From NCBI GenBank assembly GCA_002633005.1, contig NMRA01000053.1:1126240-1190239 (forward strand): a DNA stretch of 64,000 nt, given 5' to 3'. Source of the stretch: Phoronis australis (Eukaryota > Animalia > Phoronida). The notes under the pieces were generated by a model. The model was not told the DNA's origin, did no database searches, and saw nothing but the letters and a program-made list of their open reading frames with translations. Shown here piece after piece: positions 1 to 12,953 of this stretch (positions are counted from its first letter, which is position 1; every line of letters starts with the position of its first letter). The translations under genes were made by a program, and so were the position numbers.

Positions 1-1926
1 AATTTCATTTGTCTGCCAAATTGTGTCCTAAATTGGTGAGGTTTTACCGTAAGTTTGATGAAGTATATCTGTTTAGTGAGAGCTGTAACCACGGTCCTAA
101 TAGCTTCTAACAGTTTTAAAGCTACTGTAGGCAAAAAGCATCTCAACAAACCAGGGCTTCATCCAGGATTTCGAAAATAGGGTGTCCAAATTGGGGTTCC
201 AAATATTCCAGGGCGTCCATGATTACAGTGGTGTGTTACCCCCACCCCCACCACATTTCACCAATAATCCCCCCACGCACACAGTGAGGTTTTTACAAAA
301 ATGCGCAGACCAACTTAGGTTTTTATATCTAAGTTTACAAAAACAGCTCCCTTGTTGTGAGCTTTTTTACTAAAAACAGTGCGTAGACCAAAACTTTTAC
401 CTCTTACTTTATGAAAACAGCCAAATAGCTTACCAAACAAATATTACAGATTATTCAGGGCTCGACGCTATTAAAATTGCCAGGTCACAATTTGCGATCT
501 AGCCAATATCCCAGGTCGCATTTTCAAAATCCAGCTCGCAAAATGCCTGGTCGCAAAATTTTCTCGCCATTTTTAGATAATCGAAAAATGTTTAGATTAA
601 TAAATATGCTCTTACCTAAGGCATTAAACACTCATAAATTGCAGATCGCAAAATTGAGTTCGTTCATGCAGGTATGGCGTTACTGTTCTTCACGTCCGCC
701 ATTGAAACACTCTAGAGTGCACGGCAAGTTGTCGACGTGAAAGTTGAATCAGTGCTCTCTAACTGAAACGTGCACTCGAGTAGCTAAGTTTTCAATGTGA
801 AAAGGGAGAAAATGCCCACTTGAAAAAGTATCTACGATTTTTGATAGGTCTCACCTGCTACTGGGTGTCATCAAAGTCGTTAAACATCCAAACTAACTCG
901 GAGTGCTAATTCTCTCCACTTTTTGTTCGCAGCCTAAATTTAGCAACTTAACTCGACGTTTGAAAAACATCTGTCGAAAAAAATCTGTGAAACGATGCCC
1001 TAACCGAATGACGTATTTCGATCCGTGGGAAAAATTCAGTGCAAATTTCACAACAAAAATGTGACACTTATGCTGTTTGCGTACTCAACAATTTGTTTTC
1101 CATGAAATGAATAGCTTCAAAATAATTCCCGACTCCATGCGGGTTTCCATTGGTTAACTCGAGTTTGCTCCTCAGTACCTTCCAAGTGCGGGAATAATAA
1201 GTCAGTCACAAAACGACACGCACGTCACTAGTGTTAACTTTCCTTCGGAGGTATGAAACAAAGCCGGGATTAGGTTTTTACATATTGAGAAAAGATGCTT
1301 TTTGAATTGGTTGTGTAAAATGAGAGTGACACTCTATACAGGCTGCGTGTCAATTTTAAATCACACGTGGTCGTTTGTAGTACGCTGTGATGGGCGCTAG
1401 CCTGAACTGTGGGCGCTTAATTGGAAATTCTCAAAAGTTGAGGGGGAACGCTTAGTAGGTCAGTGAGCGCGTATTATGAAACACTTCAAAGGTAGGGAGT
1501 AGACTTGTGCGTGAGCATAGTTGTTAGCCTCTAGTACCCCGTTAGTTGCAATAGCTGGCTGCGGACATAGAATATAGGGAACATCAACCTCGGGAAGCAT
1601 CGCATGCGTGCACCCAGGGGGGGCTCGGGGGGCTTGAACGAGCCTACCCATTTGGTGAAGTGGGCAAAAGGTCCGCCTGTGAGAAACAAAAAGTCCGAGA
1701 AAATGAGACAAAAGTCCACTAAACAAGTACAAACGCACAATTCAGAGTGGTGCGTCCGCTTTTTTTAGTCCGCTGGCTGTTTTGTTACCAAAAGGTCCAC
1801 AACTTTCGGAATACAAGCAAGGAGTGTAGTAGTATAGGAGAGTTCACTTGTGAGTTCGCTGTTACCGCTACTACTAGCGCCGCCAAGTGGTGAACAAGCT
1901 ACGGTCACCCAGGAAGCGTCAAAACA

Positions 1927-2775
1927 ATGGGGACGGACGCATTTTGCAGTGCGATAAATTCCATGAATTCATCCACGAAAACCCCAGACGTGTCATTTTG
2001 TAGGTTTCCTAAGGATCCAGAAAGGTAAGGATTATCTGTTATTCAATAATATGATAGATTGTCTTTCATTTTGTGTGTTCTGTTCACGGTTGTTAGACAA
2101 GTCGATCGCAGTCCCGGTGCCCGGCACTGTCTGTTGTCTGCAGTGTAGGCTAGACCTACTGGGCAGCCGGCGGAAGAGGACTATGATTAACGTACGATGT
2201 GATCGTCAGCTTTTTGGATACTTGCAGTCCATGTATTCCAAATCAAAATGTCACTCTAACGATCGCAGGGATAATTTTAGGAAAACATTCCCATGGCCAT
2301 GGGTGAATATGAATCGTGGTGACACGGCCATGGCACAATCACAGGCCACAGGGCCTTTTAAGTCTTTCATTAGTCAAGTCAGAGAATCTGTGGGTCTCGG
2401 TGAAAAGTTGTGCAGCCCTTAAAATATCCGTGGATCGACATTTGAGTCCTAGTTTTTTTAGTTGACACCAAGACGCTTTTGTCTCTATCACAATCACAGT
2501 ACGACAGGACTTCTGTAGTGTAGTTTAGTGTAGGCTACCAGTCTCTGTGAACCTGGTGAGTATGAGGTTTGTTCCTGAGTCTCTCATTGATTTCTGTTCA
2601 GGTGCAAGCACTGGGAGCCGACCTTATGAATAGAGTGCATCCTACTTGTCCAAGAACTGCAACTTATGCTCTCATCACTTCGAGGAGTCCATGTTGATGA
2701 ATGAAGAACAAGCTGGTATTGAATGCAGTGCCCGAGCAGTATTTGATGTCCCCAGTCCACCAAAAATGAAGACGT
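1927..2775 (+). pseudogene. Degenerate THAP zinc-finger domain (transposase N-terminus), two exons 1927-2024 and 2602-~2775
   Basis: MGTDAFCSAINS...FCRFPKDPER|CKHW...LCSHHFEESM...AVFDVP matches the THAP pattern (CxxxxC, FP, W, CxxHF, AVPTIF-like). GT donor at 2025, AG acceptor at 2600-2601. Second Cys mutated to Ser; frameshifts or deletions follow. Confidence 0.7.
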
Positions 2776-3482
2776 CAAAAAGTTCTACGGAAATTATGTT
2801 ACAGCTGTGGAATAGGCTTTTTGCATTTCTGATTATCGTCTCACAAAGCAAGTACTGGAACATCACGTGTAGAAAGGACAATTAGTCAAAATCTGGTTTT
2901 CGTATTTTACTAAGGTTGATCAGATTGAAACATTTTATGAATGGTTAGCCTGTGATTTGAAGAGAGCCAAAGTGAAACTGATGGGTCTTTTAGAGTCTGA
3001 ATGGTGGGCTGACATTTTGTTAAACCCAAGCTATCCATATCATTTTGCTTCTCAATGACACTGAAACACCTCTGTGAGTAAATTAGTTATCAGCTTCAAC
3101 GCATTTCGTTGGCAAAAAGAGCTGTTGTTTTCTAGTGAATAGAGAGTGAGAAGGTTGGTTAGATTTTCTTGTTGTATTGGTGTATGTGTTGCCTATTTTG
3201 TACGTTTTTGGAGATTGTGATTAATTTAAGCTCCAGTTGTGGCTAAGTAACAAATATGATCTTGTGGTCTAGCTTTAGCTTACCTGAAATATTTACTGTT
3301 ATTGATAATATGAACAGTGGGTATAGAAAATAAAAATTTTAGTTTTATCATCCATTAAAAGTCTTTTTAATTCAGTTTTGTATGAAGTTGTGTGGCTAGT
3401 GAATATTTTGATTGCTGTTCAGCACCTCTTAACTTTTTTGTCATGACATTTTGAGCTTGGACTGGTTATGGTGGGGATATAC

Positions 3483-3673
3483 TCAATGTGGGGGGGGCTC
3501 GAATTCCCGACGATGTAGACCTTTTGCTAACAAGTGAGTGGGCGGACTAAAAAAAAAAAAACGGGGACCACCACTGTGAATTGCGCGTTTCCGTTTCTTT
3601 AGTGGACTTTTGTCCCATTTTCTCGGACTTTTTGTCTCGTTCAAGCCCCCCGAGCCCCCTGGGTGCGCGCGTG
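3483..3673 (-). mobile_element. Truncated inverted copy of the 1603-type MITE inside the P-like element
   Basis: Reverse complement matches 1603-1815 (CACCCAGGGGGCTCGGGGGGCTTGAACGAG...AAAAGTCCGAGAAAATG.GACAAAAGTCCACTAAA). Confidence 0.7.
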
Positions 3674-5569
3674 GGAGAGTGCAATCGAGTTTACCCTATG
3701 CTGGAATGTCCAAGAAATAATGGGATGTTCTAAAATTATATTACGATTTTGTGGTAGTGATGAATTGCTTTCTTCTTCTTACATGTGTAACACCCACTAC
3801 ACCAAACAATTATTCACATTGTTAGTATCCTGGTGCATTGAATAAGGAACACATGCGAAATTGGGTGGAGGTGAAACCAGCAGTGAGCTGGGAGCAACAT
3901 GTTTGTCAATGGTCAGGGGAGCAACCAAAATTTATGACAATGGGAATGGCTCAACACCCATGTGGCATACCCCATTGGTTTTTACCTGTTTAGCACTCCT
4001 CCCATGTAACCCCCCTGGGAGATGGTCAACACCCATTTGGCGCCCACATGGTTTTTGCCTTGTACCCCCTTAGCTGTCACCTGTGGGGAATTACCCTCTG
4101 AACCCCCAGGAGCAATCATTCAAATTTTATTGTCCATGGAGGTATGAACTGTTATAAGGAAAGATAATTTGCCTTGTTAAGAACTCAAACATGAAACAAA
4201 ACCGTGATAGATTTTGAAGGGAGGTTCAAGAGAATAAAAACAAATACACTTTAATATTGATTAAAATACATATTTTCATTCTCATTCGATTATAAGTGGA
4301 TGTTAGTTTACGTATCCTAACCATTTTCAATCACACAGTAATTTTATTGCACGTTGAACGTCATTAAAGTATGAATTCATCAGTGTTTACATTGTTCGGA
4401 CTGCGCTCCTAAGTAAGTATTGATTATTCACCGCTTAAAGCGCTAGTGTTTCGACCGGTAACCATTGCGGCAAATGGTAAAATGGCGGAGTGAACTCTCC
4501 TATACTCGTACACTTCTTGATACAAGCGTCCCCCCATATTGAAGGCTGGGTGAGCGCATGCATCGCCACAGGAAAATATCAGTTCTGGGTTATATCGGTT
4601 CCGGGGAATATCGTAAAGCATTGGGTCTTTTATAACCGCCGGTAATCTATGAGTTCATATTCAAATAAACCACTCGTACTCGGGTGCTTAACAGAGCCAA
4701 GCCGGTACACCCTTTCATTTAGGACTGTTACTGTTCCCTTTTGATGTGCAGCTTTGAAGTGGTGCGCATGCGCGAGTTCACGCACTTGAATCGCTGGATT
4801 AGGCCTACACTTTACGTTGGCAACAACGTGTGAATGATAAATCATAGTTCGGGCACGTAGCCCGAGAAACAAGTAAAGGGGTTAGAGAATTTCTAGGCAA
4901 CTAAAAGTAAAGACGTGGCCGTCGTTTGGCAATTAATAGAGTTGTCATTTTCATTGGCTGTCTTATGCGATAAAAAAAACGAGACGCACATCTCTAAGTC
5001 CCGACCAGTGCCGCAGTGTGATATCAGGGATATTGTCGTGGATATTTGGTACATGTTATGAGGACATCTTACGCGAAAAATAAACATATTTCTCCATCAC
5101 AAAGTTTGGTAAGTTGATCACTTAAGAATAGAAATACCGATGTTTTGTGACATTTTTTCACATGTTATGCAGTGGCCCGAAACTTTCTTCGGCGAAACCG
5201 GAAATTTACAAAAGTAGCTGAAAATGTTAGCCAATGAAACGCATCAAAGATCGATTCTGCATATCCCATGTTCACGCGATTTGTTTACAAGTCATCGTGA
5301 GGGTAATGTTCTCGCTTAGTGTTCTTTTGAACTTGGATTTGGCAACAACCAAATAACGGTCGGATTCACAAGAGTTGCTTTATATTTGTCAGGTATCTGT
5401 CCAGAAGTGTAAAAACTCAGCTCGCATACGTTGAAAATTCCAGGTCGCATTTTGTGAGTTGATACGAGCTGACAAAAATCTCAGCTCGCATTTCCAAATT
5501 TCAGGTCGCCAATGCGACCTGAAGCTCGTTATGTCGAGCCCTGTTATTGATTGAACAATGAGTGCACTA

Positions 5570-6984
5570 CAGGGCTCGACGCTATGAAAATCGCCAGGTC
5601 GCATTTTGCGACCAAGCCAAAATCCTAGGTCGCATTTTCAAAATCCACCTCGCATTAATAAATACCAGGTCGCGAAAATTTCCCGCCATTTTTACGGACC
5701 AAAATTGGCTTTTACGTCATCAGAAAATGCCTAGATTATGCTCCAGCGACGTTAAATACTCACAAATTTCATGTCGCAAAACTGAGTTCTTACAAGCATA
5801 TCATGCATGCACCGCGTTACCATTCTTCACTGGCGCCATCCAGTGAAAGACCCTGGAGCGCAAGGCAGTTGCCGACGTGAAAGTTAGATCAGTGCTCTCT
5901 AATCGACACATGCATTCGATTAGCTAAGTGTGCAACGTGAAAAAGAAGAAAATACTCGTTGAAAAAGTATTCGCGACTTTTCTAGGACTGACTTGCTACA
6001 TGACTGTCATCAAAGTCGTTAAAGATCCAAAGATTGGTAACTCTGAGTGCGAATTCCTTCCATTTGTTCGCAGGCCAAACTTTTCGACTTGACGTTTGAA
6101 AAACCATCTTGTCTGAAGAAATTCGTGAAACGTTGCCCTACTCGCTGAATGACATATTGATACGCAGAAACAATTCACTGCAAATTTCACAACAAAAAAT
6201 GTGGGACTTATGCTGTTTACCGGTACGTAGTCAATTAGTTTTCCATGAAATAAAAAGCCTCGAAATGATTTCCGGCGGTGCGGGTTTCTACTATTCTGCC
6301 GAAAGCGCGTAAAGGCATGCCCGTCGTTTGGCCATTAATTCGGATGTCATTTTCACATTTGCTGACTTTCGCGATAAAAAACGAGACGCATTTTTCCAAG
6401 TCACGACGATTGTCTGCCAGGACCGCTTTCCGGCATTAACATTGGAACCGACCAGTGCCGCAAAGCGACCAGGCATATTGCCGTGGGTGTTGCCGTAATT
6501 TGATATTAAGGACACCTTACATGAAAAATAAATGTTTTTCCACCACAAAGCTGGTAATTTCGTCGTTTAAGAATTAGTAAAAACACCGCTGCTTTCTGAC
6601 GTATTATCACGTGTTATTTTGATTTCCGAAACTTTCTTCGGCACATCCGGAAATTTGCAAAAGACCGAAAGTATTGGTCAATAAAATGCCTCAGACCAAT
6701 TCTGTATTCCCTTGTTAATGCGACATGTTTACAAGTCATCGGGTGCGCTTTTCTCAATAAATGTTTTTTTTAACTTGATTTGGCAACAACCAAATAATGG
6801 TCGGAATCACCCGAGTTGCTCAACATTTCCCAAGTATCTACCGCCAAGTTTAAAAACTCAGCTCGCATACGCTGGAAATTCCAGGTCGCATTTTCCGACT
6901 TAATGTGAGCTGGCCAAAATCTCAGCTCGCATTTCCAAATTTCAGGTTGCATTTGCGACCTGCAGCTCGTTATGTCGAGCCCTG
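5570..6984. mobile_element. Non-autonomous hAT-like DNA transposon (5-bp TSD), copy 2, uninterrupted, 1415 bp
   Basis: TIRs CAGGGCTCGAC...GTCGAGCCCTG. TSD CACTA at 5565-5569 and 6985-6989. Subterminal (C)CAGGTCGCA/CAGCTCGCA motifs repeated at both ends. Confidence 0.85.
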
Positions 6985-7303
6985 CACTATGTTTTTGGTG
7001 ATCTTAAGTCATATTGTTGTATAGTTTAGTTTATAATCATAGTTAACTAGCTTTTATATACTCTGCCACAATGAGTCATCAGAGCTGCAGTTACCAACAC
7101 AATTCGCCGAAATATCTTTTGGAGTTGGGAGCGCCTATAGGAGCTACACCGTCTCTATTGAGCCAGCTAGTGGTCCATGTCTATCTTTCAGTGAGCGAGT
7201 TCCTGGCAGTGGGCTCAACAATAGTGAACAACACTCTAATGACTCTATGATCAAAGACAACAGTGAGCTGGGCAGGTTTTTGTCTCCGATATTGTACTCA
7301 TAC

Positions 7304-7458
7304 CTTCCGTTTCCAATCGGTTTTGCTTGGCCAAATTGCGGCCGGTAGCCACCTGCATTGATTGCATCTATGTCATTTTCATGTGCATGACAAAACTGAA
7401 GAAAAGCAGTTGTCAAAACTAGCGTTAGCAGACCAACTACCACGTCAACGCTGACCAT
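7304..7458 (-). CDS. Possible first coding exon of a secreted protein (signal peptide); downstream exons not identified
   Basis: Good Kozak context (aagATGg). MVSVDVVVGLLTLVLTTAFLQFCHA has a hydrophobic core and a C-x-A cleavage-like site. Ends at a donor AG|GTATGA. No homology recognised. Confidence 0.35.
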
Positions 7459-7711
7459 CTTCTACTACAGCGCCACCTGCACAGTGCAAGGCGACATCTG
7501 TTGCCTCGAGCTGCTCTGCGTGACTTGGAATCCTGCTGCTTAATCTCAACATTAAGTGGAAGTGAGTGTTGCGTGAACTTGGAATTGAATATTCTTTTAA
7601 GCAAAAGGTGAAATTTTTGTTCGGTGAACAGAATTTTTTGTAATTATTGGCCTCGTGATGAACCATTTTCTTTTTTACCGTAACTTGTGTCGGCGCTGAA
7701 CACTTTGAGTG

Positions 7712-7864
7712 CAGTGGCCTGGGGCGTAGGCGCACGTAGGCGCAGCCAACCACCTTTTGGTATTTGAGCGTAGCGCCTACGCACCGTAAGTTACGTTCAG
7801 GACTCAAGGTTACACGGTGGGCTTTGGGCGCCTACTTACCTATAATTTTACCACTACAGCACTG
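7712..7864. mobile_element. hAT-type MITE, about 155 bp, copy 1
   Basis: Colinear with 30575-30729. Ends TACAGCACTG. Confidence 0.7.
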
Positions 7865-8123
7865 GCGCTGAACCGGAGGAACCGCGATATGTGAATGACT
7901 AAATCGATTGTTTGCCGGAAATTGATCGCCCGTAGCTGAAAAGGTTGAGTTAAAATTGACATTATTTTATTCAAATGTAACTTGGTTTAGTGCAGTGCAG
8001 ACTTTTATGAACATGAACGTGATTATTTGAGTGAACTTGTCAAGTTGCCTCGCGTATTCAAGTGCCACGCAACACTCACTTCCCCGTCGGTGCCGCCGGC
8101 CGGCTTAATCTTGAGATTAAGCA

Positions 8124-8280
8124 GCCTCCCGTTCAGTAACGCTAGGACCTCGCTAAAAAGCAAGACTTCGAGAGATTACCTGAGATACTGCAGTGTATTT
8201 TAAATGAGAACACGTGACTTTGACTAGGTTTTAGCTAGGTCCTAGCGTAGGTCCTAGCGCCGGTCTACTGAACGCAGGCC
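8124..8280. mobile_element. Palindromic MITE (Harbinger-like), copy 1
   Basis: TIRs GCCT.CGTTCAGTA...TACTGAACGCAGGC with internal GCTAGGACCT repeats. Inverted copy at 22392-22543. Confidence 0.7.
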
Positions 8281-9679
8281 AGGATTCCAAGTTCATGTAC
8301 AGCACGAGCAAGGTCCGGCGATTGTGCATGACTCAGTCAGCGGCAGTTGACAGTCTTGGCCCACTCGCACTAAGATCTCAAAGGCAGTGTCAAAGGGCTA
8401 AATTTAGAAGTAAGTACACCCGAGGCCCAACGTATCAGCAGTATTTTTAACTGTATCAGCATCGAACAAGTGAAATGATCAAAGAAAATGAAATAAGATA
8501 CATTTCCGGAACAACGTAACTTTACCCAGTCACAGGCCAATAGGCTAAACTCGCTTTGTTTGTGACCAGGCTTCAGTGCTGGCCCTGAAGTATGTTTTTT
8601 CAATTTTTTGGCCTAAGAAAGTGAACTCAAGAATAGCCTAACCGTTGAAAGAGAGCTAACGCCCAATGTTCTGCAAAATAACACTTTATCGGCAGGTGGG
8701 TGTTTACGACTAACAGCCAAGTTACTCAATTCCCCGTTTTTTAGTTAACAGATACCAGTTCGGCGATTCACTGAGGAACACGCTCAATGTTAGGCCTACA
8801 CAAATACTGTTTCTCTATAGCACATCATTCCTTCACTTACTTCAAATTTGCGCATTTTTATTTCTTCAAAAGAACAAACTTTCAAGACATATACAATTGT
8901 TTGGCACAGCCGCCTATTTTCCCGGCCCACAAAGGCCCTATCATCTGGCAACTACCTCCCTTTAGTAAAAGGTTATTCCTGATTGAAAATTTTCCGGATT
9001 CAAGTAGAAGACACAGGAGCCCGTTGAAATAGGTAGCCTACAGTGATTGAAAAAAATCAGTCTCGGCAAATTCTCAGCGGATTGTCAACTTCGCCAACCT
9101 TTCCAAGTTACGGTGACAAGCGCCGTTCCACAATAGGTCTACAATAGGTGAAACAGATTAAACGGAAGAGGTGGCGTAATTCGTCTGTGACTTACACAGC
9201 AGCATGAAGACATGTGGTCCAAAGAATCGAAAATGTAAGATTCTGTCTGGGCGTAATTGTATCTCCTAAACCATTGCATCTCAGTGTCAGATGTGTTCCT
9301 ATAAGTGGAGTGTGAAGCTAACGAGGGCATATTACAAATTTCGGACTGACAAGCCCGGTTCCTCTACAGCGACAATTTTATTTCCTTTTACATTTGCTTC
9401 TAAATATTTGGAGTTTCTTGGTGGATTTTCATTTAATTGATTCGCGAACTCCCGCCGTGCCATCTGAAATACCCATTTTTACGATTTTTGTGTCCGTTTT
9501 TTGAGTCTGCCTTTTTATCCGCCAAACCAATCAAACGATGAAAAATCTGCACGTGAATTTGATTTTCAGACGAGATCGACTACTCTGACTACCCCTATAG
9601 CGATAAAAAGAAGTCAGAGCTTAACATCAAATGTTGTTTTTCGGATTTCTAACAGCTTTCATTTATTTATTCAGACCTT

Positions 9680-10230
9680 GGTGAACTCGACGTTGTTTTT
9701 ACATATGATAAATTACATTATGTCCGTGGGAGACTGTCCCAAGTTTGTAGATGATTACACTTTGTAGATTCTAGCTACAATTAACCTCAAGATTTTGAGT
9801 GAAAACACCAGATTTCGAGTTCAGACATTAATTGCAATCCTGGGGTTATCATACAGAAAACAAGATAAACTACATTCATCCAAGTAAATCATAATACACT
9901 TGAACACGTAAAATCAGTCAACCTGAATTTGTACCTAAGTAACGGAAATAGTATTCTATAAGGAATATGATATGAGATCGATTTCATGAGAGTAGAATGC
10001 CGTACTTCGATTTTTGTGTCTAGCCAGCTATACAGGGAGAACTGTATCTTCAAAGAACACAGTTGGGTCCCTTTTTGGGATTACATGGACTCATGTAGCC
10101 GGCACTGGCGAAACAGAAGCGACTTCATCCTCCGCTGCAAAACCGTGAAACTTAAATCACTTCCCAGCTAGACTAGACCGGATTTCTGGACTTGTAGCCT
10201 AATGAACAACTCTAAATTTCCTACAAGAAA
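9680..10230 (+). mobile_element. Highly decayed LINE (CR1/L2-group) reverse transcriptase fragment
   Basis: TLFLHMINY...KFVDDYTL resembles the RT motifs LFLxMIND...KFVDDTT; an LGVII motif follows. Confidence 0.4.
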
Positions 10231-10244
10231 ATGACATTTTTATG

Positions 10245-10780
10245 AACATCAACATGGCTTCAAACAAAAAAATCACCTTACAGACTTTGCTTCGCTTGAA
10301 CGTTTTGATCGCGTTTGTTCCTATCTTGAAAACAACATGAATCCCCTGGTCATCTCTTTAAAGCTTCCAACAGAATAGACCACCAAATACTATAACTACG
10401 GGAGTAGAATTTGCGTTTTTAATACTTATCTCTCAAAACATACCTATTGTGTTTCCCTGAAGAACACCAGTTGCACCAGCTTACCATTGAATATCCACCG
10501 GAGTTCCCCAAGGCTCTATTCTTGGCCCGCTACCCTTTCTTAACTTACATCAATGATCTCCCATGTTCTTCTCTCATAGACCACCTCTCTGTGCAGACGA
10601 CACCATTTATATAAATAGCAAAACGACGTTTTCTCTTTCCTTGGTATTACCGTCAACAAAAAGTTCTCAAGCAAAATTAAAAAGCTCAGTGTATCTTCCC
10701 CTCTCTGCTCTCAAGCTAATAATACATGTAACTCATTCGTTCTTCAACATTTAAACTATAGCACATCATATCTTGGGGTT
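10245..10780 (+). mobile_element. Decayed LINE (CR1/L2/Crack group) reverse transcriptase fragment
   Basis: HQHGF near 10247. GVPQGSILGPL(frameshift)..YINDLP...LCADDT from 10500. NSFVLQHLNY (LYNSLILPHLNY-like) near 10730. Confidence 0.75.
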
Positions 10781-11689
10781 TTTGACGACACGACGACACT
10801 GCAGACAACCAGAAGAGAATCCATCGAAGTGTATCTAATTCCGGTTACAATGCTGTCGGTCGCTAGCGCTACTTCACTTCGTTTTCCAGAGTACATTTCA
10901 TACTTTTTCCTCTTTTTGCATATTGCACTTATCATTTATTTTTGTATTTGCCATTTATGTATTTGTGTAAAAGGAGCTTTTTGGGTAGTGGCCCAAAACC
11001 TTCAGAAGCTCTCCTAATTTAATTTGGACCTTATTAAACATTGTACTACAAGGCAGTGAAAAGAAAAGTGTTACTCCCTCCTTAACTGTCTCCCCACCCC
11101 TCCGTCCCTCCCTCTCCCCCTCTCCCTGTCTCCCCACCCCCTCCCTCCCTCCATGCATCCTTCTCTCAGCTCAAATTCGAAGTATTCCGAGGCTTTTTAT
11201 TTCATAAAAACATTATTGAATTCGTAAACAATATAAGTCACTACAATTTTTCTTGTGAAATTTGAGTTGCGTTGTTCCCACTCATCGACATGTATTTTGG
11301 GTCTGTGAAGTTCCATTACAAAGGTCATATTTACGTGGTCAAGACGACTCTCTGATTGATGCTAAGCGCCCACGTTAGGGTAAGCAAATATCAGGTATGG
11401 GCGCCAAAACTGACTGTTCCAATTTTCAAAATCAAGAGATTTCAATTTCTGCTTAAATTTCGGTGCCCCAGATCTAACAGGCTTCCCCAAATTGGAAAAT
11501 GTTAACCGTGGCAATCCCTATGAATGCTGTCCTCAAATTAAAGCATTGTTTGGTGTGTTTTACTCGTTATAAACCCTTTCTTTTCAATGTCACCACAAAA
11601 CAAATCGGGTGAGCACCGACATGGACCGCCGGACAGAGAGTAGCTCCAAAACTACAACAAAACATGAAACAGAGGTGGTTCCGTTGGAA

Positions 11690-12205
11690 AATGATTCCAC
11701 ATGTCGTCGAGTTGCGTAAGAGGTTGCACATCACGCTGCCTGATTCTCATGCGTCCAAGATCAAGCGGATCTAACTGTGTAGTGAAGAACGTGCCAAGTA
11801 TGTGGGGCAAGCTGCTCCAGTTTACTTCACGGTCCACATGTGTCGAAGGAAAATAGTAACAATCATGTGTGAGAGGTTTCACCATCTTGGTACATGATCC
11901 ACAGGTGTCTAGGATCAAGCTGAACTAACTGTGGAATGGAGAAAGTAAGAAGCATAGGTGAGAGGTTGGACCATCTTGATGCCTGATGCAGGGGCGGATC
12001 CAGGATTTTGAGTTGGGATGGGCAGGGCAGAGTATTTGCCAGGATTTTGCTCGTCAGACATTCGCACCCCCGAACTGCTGAATGGAATCTGGGAGAATTT
12101 TAGGGAGGGCATGGCCCTTTGGCCCCCCGCTAAATCCGCCACTGTGATCCACATGTGTCTAGGATCAAACTGAGCGAACTGTGGAATGAGGAAAATAACA
12201 AGCAT
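11690..12205. repeat. Degenerate tandem repeat (about 75-85 bp units) interrupted by a small hAT-like MITE at 11989-12144
   Basis: Recurrent GATCCACA(T/G)GTGTCTAGGATCAA..AACTGTGGAATG..GTGAGAGGTT..ACCATCTTG blocks. The MITE has termini CAGGGGCGGAT / AATCCGCCACTG. Confidence 0.55.
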
Positions 12206-12925
12206 GTCAACATATAGAAATACATTTCCCGAACCGCCTCATTTCACTTCTAGATGCCACTGGCAATTTCAAAAAACAAATGAGTGTAAATGAGTGTTCA
12301 CGCGTTAGAGGAGTCCATGCGAAGAGTTTTCAAACGCTAGGGTAGTAAAACTCCCACAGCTTAGCTGTATGCTGTCATCATGGACGTTCAAATATGTGAT
12401 GTTTTTTTTCCGATTTGATTCTTGTCTAAAATGTGTCCTATTTGAGACACCATAATGTTCGGTGCCTGTAAAAGGGCATTTATTTTAACAATTTTGACCA
12501 TCAACATTTTAATTAGAGAAATTAAGCTAGAATTCTCCTTTCTCTGATCTGAATTTCAGTTGAGTGCTTGGGACGAAGCTCTACGTCATTATACGACCTT
12601 AACTGTTTTGTTCATTTTCAATCGTTGGTGAACTATAATTATTAACAGCGTAACTATTTGTTTGATGAATGATTGAGTTCCTGTTAATAATCGCGAATCC
12701 GTCGTTATAGTTGTAATTATGTGAACGAGTCCAATGCGTTCGTCGTGGTTGAGACGGAGAAACCATGGGAAACGAACAATGGTCTTTAATGAGATAGCTC
12801 AATGTGCTTTGCTATTTCGTAACCACAGTGACTTAAATGAAGCTGGAACCTAGCGCTTTTATTTAATTGTGACTTCATGCTTTGGACAGTCGGAGTGACG
12901 GCGAGCTACGACAGAAGCGGCGACG

Positions 12926-12953
12926 ATGATGAACAATACGTGTGCCCAGACAG
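12926..12953 (+). CDS. OPN5: Opn5-like exon 1 (MMNNTCAQT)
   Basis: ATG, NNT glycosylation sequon and phase-1 donor CAG|GTAAC compatible with exon 2. Short, so less certain. Confidence 0.6.

Larger units (their letters stand above)
1818..4519 (+). mobile_element. P-superfamily (P/Galileo-like) non-autonomous DNA transposon with THAP remnant
   Basis: 31-bp TIRs starting CAAG (1818-1848 vs 4489-4519, 28/31 identical). 7-bp TSD ATACAAG (1811-1817, 4520-4526). A spliced THAP remnant starts about 110 bp inside the left end. Confidence 0.75.
1603..4560. mobile_element. Short MITE (CATGCG..CACCC termini) split by a P-like element
   Basis: Termini CATGCGTGCACCC / GGGTGAGCGCATG. 5-bp TSD CATCG at 1598-1602 and 4561-4565. 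Related copies at ~3483-3673 (inverted) and 26171-26341. Confidence 0.75.
456..5543. mobile_element. Non-autonomous hAT-like DNA transposon (5-bp TSD, hAT5-type), copy 1, interrupted by about 3.7 kb of nested insertions
   Basis: TIRs CAGGGCTCGAC...GTCGAGCCCTG. TSD TTATT at 451-455 and 5544-5548. Segments 456-~1150 and ~4900-5543 are colinear with copy 2 (5570-6984). Confidence 0.8.

Noticed and set aside
1603-3673. One element bounded by long inverted repeats at 1603 and 3673
   Set aside because: No TSD for that pairing. TSD evidence instead shows the 1603 MITE closes at 4560 and the 3483-3673 copy is a separate insertion.
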